Source: Stegostoma tigrinum (Eukaryota). From it: DNA of 64,000 bases. The notes under the pieces were generated by a model. The model was not told the DNA's origin, made no database searches, and saw only the letters and a list, made by a program, of their open reading frames with translations. The position numbers were made by a program, and so were the translations under genes. The DNA lies in NCBI RefSeq assembly GCF_030684315.1, contig NC_081373.1:31721989-31785988 (forward strand). Direction: 5' to 3'. Shown piece by piece: positions 23,101-35,100 of the stretch; the first letter of the stretch is position 1, and each line of letters begins with the position of its first letter.

Positions 23101-26100
23101 TCTTTTATGCAAATAATAAAATGTTTATTAACAAAACTTACTATTATTTTGACTTCAGAGCAACCATAGTAGTTCCCTAAATTCAGTTTTCAGTTATGTA
23201 GGATTAATTAATCCTGCTTCCACTCTCTAGCAAATCCTGACTGATTGGTTTACAGATGTTTTCCCCCCCAATTTTGTAAAAGCTCACTAAACATGTACAT
23301 ATACAAACAGGTGTCCAAAGTTTCCAGCACCAAGCTCACAAAAAAATCTAAAAATAATGTCTTCCTCTTATTAACACAAAATTACAAAAGATAAATGAAA
23401 CTTAAAAATTTATACACTGTTCCTAACAAAATAAGCATTTCTGTTTACTTTTAAACAATAGAATATCTCCGCCATGCTTTAATTACAAAGAAATGAAGTA
23501 GCCCAGTATACTTATTTTCTCGCTTTCCTAGATAATAAGTTTTATTTTATTCTTTCATGGCGTATGAGCAAATTTAGCATTTAGTTCCTGTCTCTATTAA
23601 CCTTTGAGAAGCCGGCTGTGTGCTTCCAGATCTGTTACAGATTATCTGGTGTAGATACACCCACAGTTGTTCGGAAAGACGATCCGGGTTTTGGTGCAGA
23701 TTCCAAGAAACAACGCCAATACTGTTCCAAGTTAAAATGTCATGTGATTAAGATCAGTATCTAAGTATTAACTGTTAAGTTTTCTATAATATTGGCTACA
23801 TGAATAATATGTATGAACTGAATTTGTGTTTTCTAAAATTTCACAAATTCTGAAGAGATTTTGTTCACTTACTGTTACAGATGTGCTCAGCTAGATTTTC
23901 TGCATTTCCTGAGTCCTCTCCTTGTGTTACAAGGCCAATTTCTTTGACTACTAAAAAAAATTAAAAAGTTTTTTTTTTAAAATCGCTGCTGCTACACATC
24001 AATCAGCATGATAGAAATGAAATAACTAAAATGCCATAAATCTGCAAACACATCAGCCACAAGCACTGGGGCACTTTCTTCCAGGGAATAGTGACTACTG
24101 GTCAACATTACACTTTTTCCAATCTAGGTTTAAATGCTTGGCTTTGCTTCTCTTCTATTTCCGAATTACTTTTTAAATATCTAAGTACAATTATAGATCT
24201 TAAATCAATGTTCTAAGCAAAGCAGCTACTACTGTATTCTAATTTTATTGTTATTATTATTTAGATGCACAGGCACCAACACTTCTTTGATGCCTCTTTA
24301 CACTTCCTTACATGAGCCAGTTTAGTCCTTTGCTGTGTTATAGTTTAAGAAGTATTTCATGTTGGTGCCAGAGAAAACTTACATTGGATAGCTGAGAGCC
24401 TGTGCAGAGCATACTAGAGACTTGGAGTGGTGCAGGGACAGTTGGTGGACTGGGGTATGGTGCAGGCACTCAGACTGTATGTGGAAGTCCCTATGCTGAG
24501 CTTCTGCAATGTAATAATTATTTGTCATTTGTTCACCTGACTGTAATGCCTATCCTTTTAACTGTGTTTTATTTCTAACTTATAATATGAATCACTGTAA
24601 AGTAATGCAGCTACGTTTCTTTTTTATTCCTCTTTTTTGTATCTAAGATTTGTACCTAGGTACTTGTACCTAAGATGGCACGATAAGAAGTGACATTGTA
24701 AAATTTTTCACTGTACTCCTGTACTTGAGTACATGACAATAAAGGACATTCTGTTATTAGTGATCCTTGACCACTAATAGTAATAAGTTACTGATTTACA
24801 GCTACCTGTGGGGGAAAACAGACAATTCAAACCTATGGTCACCTAATTTCCAGATAAGCGCTTGGTCAGAAAACACTACATGATAATTAGGATAATTCAG
24901 TTCCATAATCTAAGGGTAGCAGATTCAGTTAAAATGCCCAGAGCACATACTACCATCCAGACTTGACTAATGATCATTATACAAGGGCAGAAATTGAGTC
25001 CATGATATTCTTGCCAGTTATGTCTAGCCTACTACTTATTAAATAAGGTAACTAACTTAAATCAAGATCTATATATTCAAGACTGTTCCCGTAATTGTTC
25101 AGTGGTTAAGTTCACTCTAAATGCTCAGTCACACGTATCATGAAGAATCATGCAACACAACAATACAAAAGGAGCCCATGAAGTGTGAGATGATGCAGTT
25201 TGGTAGAAAGTACATTGGAAGACAATGTAAGAGAATGGTAAAGGGCAGAAAAGCCATTGAAGATAACAGGACAGATTGAGAGAGCAGCAAGTAAAACATA
25301 TAGTATCCTCAGTTTTATTAATAGGGATAACACAAAAAGGAGGTAATGCTGAATTTGTATAGGATACTTATTAAACCTCAGCTAAACTACACCATGCAAT
25401 TCTGGGTGCCACATTATAGGAGGAAAGTGAATGCAATGGAGAGAATACAGAAGCTAAAACAGAAGTTGCTTGAAAAGCTCAGCAGGTCTGGCAGCATCTG
25501 TGAAGAAAAAAATCAGAGCTAACATTTCAGGACTGGTGACCTGAAATGTTAACTCGGATTTTTTCTCATAAATGCTGCCTGACCTGCTGAGCTTTTCCAG
25601 CAACTTCTGTCTTTGTTCCTGATTTACAGAATTCACAGTTCTTTTGCACAGACTACTGAAGTGATTTACAAGAATTATTCAGGGATGAGAAAATTCAATA
25701 ATTTTGAAGAGTTTGGGACTGTTCTTCTTGGGGAGAAGAAAGCTAAGTGGATATTGTTTTTCAAAATCATAATGGGCTGAATAGAGTGGAAAGGGAGAAA
25801 CTGTTCTCGCTTGCACAAGGATGAAGAACAAGAGGGAGATTTAAAGTGATTTGCAAAGAAGCCAGGGTGATATCAGAAAAAACATTTTCACTCAGCGAGT
25901 AGTTAGGTTATGAAATAAACTGCCTGGAAGGTACAGGCAGGTTCAACTGAGGCATCAAGAAGGCAGATGATGATTATTTGAATAAAACTAATGTGCAATG
26001 GTATGGAGAGAAAAGCAGGAAGTAATGATGTTCATTTGAAGTGGTAGTCCAGGCACAATGGGCTGAATGCTGACCTTCTGTGCCATAAGACTACTGTGAT

Positions 26101-29100
26101 TCTGCCATTCATTCTGACCATTGAGTTTACACCAGATCTTTCATAAAGAAATCCAGCTAAACTCACTATCCTGACCTTTCCTGATATCCCTTCATTCTTT
26201 TCTTCATCAAATATTATCAAATTGTCTTATTGCTATTGAATCAGTTTCCATCACCCCATCAGTGGACTCTGCAATCACAATAAAGTGTGCCCTCTCGTTA
26301 CCAATCTTCCATTCAGTCCAGGTTTGATCCCTTGTGCTGCCTAGCTGACTGATCTCAGCTAAAGTTGTAATTGGGCACTACTACATCCTACAGCCATGCG
26401 TATTATCAAGTTCATTTCTACTAGAAAGTACATAATATTGTGCTACCTGGTGACTTTAATCATGCAAGCATGCAGCTATTACTAAATGAGTACTTGCTTG
26501 TGGGTGGGGGTGAATATTGAATATCAAAGACTCTGCTTAATAGTGAGATATAAATTAAAGACTTTTGCAAGCACAAATGTGGCAGAAACAAGCAAGTGAT
26601 CAAGGGTCTAGGCCCGAAACGTCAGCTTTTGTGCTCCTGAGATGCTGCTTGGCCTGCTGTGTTCATCCAGCTTCACACTTTGTTATCTATGAAATGCTAA
26701 TTTCTTTGAGATTGTCTTGGGGTCTTTGGTACAGGCAATACTGAGGAGGAGGCACTTCCTGATCCTCCGATGTTATGTCTTCAATGTAATAAAATGCCAC
26801 AAGGGCACTTCATGGGATAAAACAATATTTGATTTTAAGTCTCACAAGCATATGTTAAGGCAGAAAGACTTGATCAAAGAGGGAACTTTTAAGAACTGTT
26901 TTAAAGGGAGGAAACAAAAGACGGAGATAACAAAGTGTAGAGCTGGATGAACACAGCAGGCCAAGCAGCATCAGAGGAGCAGGAAGGCTGTTTTGGGCCT
27001 ATACCCTTCTTCAGAAAAGTCAGAGCTGTTTAGAATAGCTAGTACAAGAGGCCAATTTGTCTACTGTATTTGTACAAGCTTCCTGCAAGAGCAATTCAGC
27101 TTGTTCCATGCCTCTCCTTCTTCCATAGTCTTACAATTTCTTTTTTCTTCATTTTTACTCAATTTCCTTTTGAAAACCATGAGCGGATCTGCCTCTACTA
27201 CACTACCAGGCATTGCATTCCAAAACATAACATGCTGTGTATGAAAGATATTCCTGATGTTGCCATTTGTATTTTGCCATTCACCTTATACTGTACTATG
27301 GTGCTTGACTTTTCTATAAGGTAGTGAATTCCAGAGGTTAGGACCTAGACAACATATAGTTATTGAATGATTCAACACACTAGATATAAAAATCAGCTCT
27401 TTTTCAGCCAACGTGAGCATTTTATGCATAAGGCAATATTTTAAAAAATTCAGTTACAATTTACCAGCATAATGTAAGCCCTGATGTTTTCTGTTCTACT
27501 ATCCTTCACAATCTTGCCTTTTCCCAACTGTCCCTTACTAGACCTCTAGCATTTTGATAAACCTTGGTCCTTGACTGATAATTACACTTAAAGATGTAGC
27601 AGTAGTCTGAATTGGCATTACAATTCGCTAGATCACGATAAGCATTCAAACTTCACTTTCACAGTATGTACATTTACCAGAGTACTGATTAATAATATTT
27701 GCTTACTTACTCTGACTGTTATTGCGCATGCATATACAATACACATAGAACTAAGTTTTCTTACCCAATTTGGCTGTAGATTTTCCAACAACATAGACAG
27801 ATTTTTCTTTCCACTTGTCTTTTAAAATGTTGTTATTCCATTCTATTGACAATAAAAATGGAGATTTGGAAACATGATGAAATATATTAAGATTTTTGAT
27901 ACAACATTCTATCTTTATGTCAACAGCTTTCCTAATCATTACTAAATCTATGGAATCAAATTTAAAAAAAAATCAGTGAACATATTTATTACAGTAGAAC
28001 CATTAATATGCTTCAAAATTTATGTATGCATTGTGTAGATATAAAGTACGTACAACTTGTTGGATCCATAATAATTTCATTGTGTAATAACCATAATAAT
28101 CTTTAAGCACAAAAACAATTATTGTTCTTCTCCTACCAAGATTATAGTACTTCACACTTCGTTCCGTATTTAAGATTATAGCAGGCTAGATTTTTCAGTC
28201 AGAAGTGAAGCAATTTATAATTTACAGATAGCAAATACGTGGTTTAAATATGTAGAATGGATTAAGATAAAAGCTAAAATGTTGTAATATTTTTAAATTT
28301 TAGCATTATGTGGAATTTCTTATAATGGATAAATTTGATATTAGAGATTATAATTAGTTTTTTAGTTGACAGAACTTGTGTTTTGCTGAAAAAAGACACA
28401 TTTGTCAAAGGTTTTTACATTGCACTCATCAGGTCAATTCACAACTTTACCAATTTAAGGGGGAAATACCAACATTTATGATGCAGGAGAGAAGTATGTT
28501 GTTGTTCCGGACTGCTCGCACAAAAAAATAACAGCTAGTGAACTCAAGTTACCCAAGCTTCAGCTGGTTAGCAAAGTGGGTTGATTGGAAAAGACATCGC
28601 CAAATGAGATTTCACCAGTTAATGATGATTGACAGTTAGCTGTTAAGCTTTGTTCAAATTTTAAACCAGGCAGATTAACTTTGATTAGACAATCAGCAAA
28701 TGGTTGTTACCTACTTTGTAGTCTTGAAACACGCATGTTTCATGTTTTTTATGACTGCAAATAACAGGCCCTGTGTATTAATATATGTAGCTTCTAACAC
28801 ACAATTGTGCCACACTATAAGCCCAACTAACAATTGTAAATTGGCTGTAAGAGTAATTCTTTCCACACCCCAGGACTCTCATGCAAATATTGTCCAAATG
28901 AATTGTGATTCTACAATGCTGAAAACTATTGAGTTTCCCCTTAAATTAGACTATTAGAATAGTCCAAATGAATGCTGCAACAAAATCTGTCTTTTTTCAG
29001 TAAATATAAAATTACTCTTTCAGGGATACTTAGCAGTAATTTATGAACTTGTTATATCATTAAAAACCTAGTTACAGTACATTCAATAAAATATAACTTT

Positions 29101-32100
29101 ATAAAGAATTTTTACAGGGTTCACTATTGAACACTTTGAGCAATAAGATCACTTTTGGATTTTCACATTTAATTGCATGTGTTCATATTCCAGAAGCTGC
29201 TGTCAACTTCAAAGGAGTAATGGCATTGATCATAATTATGTAATCTGGGCTATGATGCTTGCAATACTTTCTCTAATAACAAACTTTGAGCAATTTTAAT
29301 GGTAAAATACCACCGTGAGCTAATAAAACAGAGAATTACAAATGTTGGAGATCTGAAAACAAAAACAAACAAATTGCAGGAGAAACTCAATAGGCATGGT
29401 AGCATATGTGGAAAGAAAACAGCGTTAACATTTCAAGTCCAGTGACCCTTCTTCACAACTGTTTGAAATGTTTTCTGCAACATTGTGGTGGTCTCTTATT
29501 GTTGCTGTATAATGAGGCACACGTTTTGAGGCTATCAGATGAAATGTAGGCAAGGGATTCTGCTAACAGTGTGGAGATCAACACCATGCAAAGGTGTAAA
29601 TGTCAACAAATTACAGTCACAAATTATTTGATTGCCTGTTCCTACTTATCTAATAAATTTGTGATGAAGAAGTCTTATTTGAAATATTAATTTATATTAG
29701 CATAAGACGGAAATGTGTACAATGAACTTTTCGAACGAAAAGCACTTGCTACAGCAGGACAAATGTATTTGCATAGAACACTGGATGCTTTACCTGGAGA
29801 CCGAGTACAAAACCTCCGGAGAGAGGTCCCATGACTTTGTTTACAGGTGTGAAACTATACTGGTTTCAACACAGATAGTTGGACAGAAGGGCAACAGCCT
29901 TCACCCTTTCCGGCTTTCTCTGAAATAACTTTCTTCGATGTTTGTGTATGTGTGTGTGTGTGTACGTGTTAAACCTTTTGTTAATAAGTTTTGCTTAAGT
30001 AAGTGTTTTTTGCAGTAAACTAGTTCCTTATTTGTTCAACAAAGCAGCCTCTTGTTTTGAAGACTAAGCATTTTCCGGTCTTCTCTATATATAACAAGCA
30101 ATATCAGGTTCCTTTTAAATTATAATTTTGTTATGCCCAGTAGGGGACAGGATGAGTAAAGGAATCAGTTCACTCCTTGCACTGGGCCATAACAAAGTCT
30201 ATTGTTTGTGTTTCTGTTTTTTCTGAAAGATTTGTCAAAACATTTTCAAATGTGATTGTAGTGACTTGAGTCGATTACTCAATGTAAAGAATTGATTAAA
30301 TTTTATTAATAAAGGATGCTTTAAGTACAGCAAAATTTCAGGAAAGCTGACATGAAACAATTTAAACACACGTTTGGAATAGATAATCAAATTTCTAAAC
30401 TGGATAGTTGTATCTGATGTGCTTTCAGCAAACTAGACATTCCATGCATCTCTCTAACTCTATGAAAGTTATCTGGATGAGAATATGAATAGGAAGGGTT
30501 TAGAGAGATATGGGTCAAATGCAAGCAAATAGGATTACATTTATTTAGAATATCTGGTTGGCATGGATAAGTTGAACTAAAAGGTCTGTTTCCATGCTGT
30601 ATATCGCTGGTTTTGCTTACGTAACTTAAGAGAAACTGCTTCTAGTGGCACGAGGGTCAGTAGCCAGAGGTTGCAGACTTAAGGTGATGGGAAAAGAACT
30701 ACAAACCACGAGGATATTTTTTCTTATGCAGAAAGTTTTCACGGTATAGAATACATTCCTTGAAAAGGTGGTAGAAACAGACACAACAGTAATTTTAAGG
30801 AGAACTGGATGAATACCTAATGGAGAACAAAAAGCTTATGGGAAAGAACAGGAACATGGGACGACTGCTAATCTCTTTCAAAGAACTCTCTCAGGCATAA
30901 TGCACTATATGGCCTCCCACTGTGCTTTAATACTCTCTAGTTCTACTCATGTTTAGGATTTGAGCATTGCTGACCACAGGCTCCAAGTTGCCCCAAAGAA
31001 GGTCTTTTTCTTGGAGAACTGCAATTATTGTGATGAAGGTATTCAAGTAGAACTGGTAGGGAATAAAAATGTAGGATCCATATTTTCTTAAAATAAAAGT
31101 AAAACACAAAAGCATTTAGGGTAAAGTTGTTAGTACTTTGTACCTTTCATGATGACTTCTGTTGTTTCATGTAGGCTGAGTGTTGGCTGAGTGGAATGAG
31201 TTACATATTGACAGGAAGTCAAAACTATTAACAAAATAAGTAAAACCACATGCAAGAATGCATGCATTGAAAGAGTATGCAAATTGAGTATTCTCTGATT
31301 GAGTTATTACCTCACTTGATTTGTGGAAGGTATGGTCTTAAAGCAACTTAAAGTTATTACAAACTACTCGTACAATTCATTCATCACTTACCTTCTCTGA
31401 CAGCCTTTTCACCCAAACATAATGTCACAGCCTCAACAGCTCTGGGACTGGTAAATATCAGACCACCATAACCTTCAGGATGTGAAAGCTACATACAGAT
31501 TAGAATGAAACTGTGTTACTGTAGAATTAATTGCTTATGAGAAACATTTTGAGTGGCTGTGTTTGCCTCTTCATGCACTAAATTTACAATTATAAATTAA
31601 TTCTGCCTCACATCATCTTCTACAAAACCGGTTTTAGTTCGTAGGCTGTATGTTAAAATTCTTTCTTTTACAAAATGTAGCTCTGTACTGAACAGAGGAA
31701 ATTCCATTTAAATGGTAGTTACAACATAATGATAATTCAAATGTGAATTAGATAATTATTTGAATCAATTATCATTCAAACTATTCAGACTATCATGGTT
31801 CTAAAGCTGCCAAATTTTATCATGCACTTGAATCTCACTTATATGCAGCTTGGAAACAGATCCTTCAGTCCAACTAAACTTGTACCCTCTAGTCTTAGAT
31901 ACATCTGCCAATGAGGAAGAGATTAACATGATCTACTCTGTCTAAACCTCGTCTGCTCCAAAGAAAGCATCTCAGCCTCATAAATGCATTGTTTCACCCC
32001 AGGCAACATGCTGGTGAATCTCCTATGCACTCTCTCCAATGCAATCATATCCTTCTGATAGTGTGGCAACCAGAAGTGCACAATATTTCATCCATGGCCC

Positions 32101-35100
32101 AACTAATGTACTATGAAATTGTAATAAGACTTCCCTGCTCCCACATTCTGCTCTTCAACTAATCAAGACAAACATCCAGTATGCCTTCTTCATCACCTGG
32201 TCTACCTGTGCTGAAATCTTTGGAGATCTAAAGGCTTGTACAACAGGTTCCCTTTGTTCCTGAATACTCCCTAGGAACGTATGATTCATTCTGTATATCC
32301 TTTGCTTATTAGACCTCCTAAAATGCATCATCTTGCACATATCAGATTAAACTCCATCTGCCATTGCTCTTACCAAATGATCAATACCAGACTGTAGCCT
32401 GAGACCATCCTCCTCACTATCAACAACACCACCAATTTTCATGTTATCCACAAACTTACTAATTGTACTTCGAAATTCACATCAAAGTTATTAATGTAAA
32501 TAACAAGTGGCAAGGGTCCCAACACCAAATCCGGTGGCAGATGGCTGGTCACAGACTCCCGATAACAAAAACAAGCCTTCATCAGTATCTGCTGCCTATT
32601 TGTAACCCAATTTTGGATCTAATTTGCCAACTTGCCTTGGATTCCATGGGCTTTTCTCTTCTAGACTAACTTTCAGTGTGGGATCTTGTCAAAGGCCTTA
32701 CTGAAGTCAAGTAAACCACATTAAATATTTGTTGAGGGTAGCGCAGTTAATCACCTTTTCAAAAAAATTCAACTAAATTAGTCTGACAGGATCTCCCTCT
32801 AACAAGTCTGCACAGACAATTCCTGATCAATGCCTGCCTTTCAAGTATTGATTAATGCTGTCCTTTAGGAATTTTTCCAATAATTTCCCTACCACTGATG
32901 TCAGACTAACTCTAAACTCAAAGTGAAATTCAGTAAAATGCAGCAACTGAAATGAATAGCATGGCTGTATTGTGTGCACACAGGAGGGGGACAAGGAACA
33001 GGAAGGTATTTTGATGTGCGTTTGATAACGAGGAGCAAAAATGGGCTGTTGTAGAGCACAAACACTTTTGTGCATATACTATATCACGTTACTCATGGAA
33101 ACTAGGGAAAGACATATGTTTAGGACTGTGAGAGGAGAGATTCGGTTTAGTATATTAGGGAAGGGGACAGAAGCTATGGAAGCAATTGATCAGTCCTCAT
33201 GACCAAGGAATTGATGAGCTCTTCTATATTGTTCTTGGAAGAGAAGGTGGAGGATGGCGGGGCCACCAAACCACACAACATTCGGGCTTGGAAACATTTC
33301 ACCATCTCTTCAGTGTCACTGGGTCAAAATCAAGGAATTCCAGCATTGTGGGTGAAATTTCAGTGCAAGAATGACAAGCAATTCATTACCGCCTTCTCAA
33401 AGGCAATTAGAGTGGGGGGAGAGAGTGACGATGAAAAGCAGGGGGTGACCAAAGAAGTTGGAGGAGGCAGGGCAGACACAGCATGGGAAGGGGGAGGCAG
33501 TGGAGGAGAGAGAATGGTGGGGAGGAGGGAGGAAAGAATACAGGATGTCAAGGAGATGAATAACCCAGTATCTTCCCATTGTAGGCAGAATTAAGAGGAA
33601 GGCCGAACCTGACAATGGTCCAGGCACAGCTGATGATTCATGTCCACTATTACTGTTCAAATCTGTTAACCCTCTAGCATGAAACAAAAGGGAAATAAAG
33701 TCCTCCTGCCTAATGAGGACATAAAATATTTTTAATGAGAGAGCACCTCTGACGTGCTTCTTGCTGTATCAATAATACTGTATATTTAACTTAAGCAAGA
33801 AATGTACTTTACATAATCCCAGTAAGAGATTAATATCTCTCTTTGTATATTGTTGTTGCACAATTCTGATTTACAGGTGACACCACTTTAGTGCATGTAT
33901 TAACTTTAGGAGAAAAGATATGGTGGCTCAGTGGTTAGCACTACTGCCTCACAGCGGCGGGAACCTACATTTGATTCTATCCTCGGGCAGCTGTCTGTGT
34001 GGAGTTTGTACATTTTCCCTGTTTCTGTGTGGGTTTCCTCTGCATGCTCTGGTTTCTTCCAATGGTCCAAAGATGTGCAGATTAGATGGACTGGCTATGT
34101 TAAATTTCCCAATAGTGTCCAGGGATGTGTAGGCTAGGTGGATTAGCCATGGGAAATGCAGGGTTACACGAGCAGGTTAGGGCAATGGGGCTGGGTGGGA
34201 TGCTCTTCAGAGGGATCAGCGTGGACATGATGGGCTGAATGGCATGCTTCCAAAATATAGAGATTCTATGCTTCAACTTGCACAATATTCATTTAAGTGT
34301 ATGAGCAAATAACTGCAGATGCTGAAATCTGTGCTGAAAATAAATAATGCTGGAGATCACAGTGGGTTAGACAATGTCCATGGACAGAAAGCAAGCTAAG
34401 GAAGAGCTCTGACGAAGAGTCATCTAGACTCAAAACGTCAGCTTGCTTTCTCACCACAGGTTATTTGTATGTCATTTACAGGTTTGTTTAATTAATGTCT
34501 CTAGCTTTCAGGAACCAAGGACTTACAGCAGTGATGTGAAGAAAGGAAAAGTTCAAAGAATTGCATTAGTTCTTGCTAATGACAAAGAATTATATTCTTC
34601 CTCAATACAGAAATGAAGAAAAAAATTGTGTTTTTTCGTATTTTTGACAATAAGTTAACAAAAATGTAAAAGTACACAAAAATATTTCATAAGAATATGG
34701 CACTGATATGCCCAACAATGGCACCTAGTCCTCAATTTATATTTAGTAATCTGAAATCCAATTGGCTTATCTGGAGTCCCGATTAGCTAAATGTGACTAG
34801 AGACTAAAGTACTGTACAAATTTGATGTAAAATTTACAGCACTGAACTTTATCAAAAAGAATGAAACAAATATAAATACAATATAAATACAAATAAAATT
34901 AATGTATTCCATGGAAAATTGTTTTTACTCTGATATATTTTAAAATGTTATAGTCTTCAAAAATATACTTCTTTTGCAAAGAAAAATGCATTGTAAAATG
35001 AACTATCCATTTCTCAAGATATAAGTATTTGGTTCATTGCACATTGACTAACAGGATAGTTGAGCACAGCCTACAGTACAAGAACAGGGAGATTACATTT

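Noticed and set aside
29660-30194. Possible solo LTR (TG...CA)
   Set aside because: No matching TSD and no second copy in the window
33920-33990. tRNA gene (also 42175-42240 and 9940-10010)
   Set aside because: tRNA-like heads of SINEs followed by SINE core and tail; no complete cloverleaf
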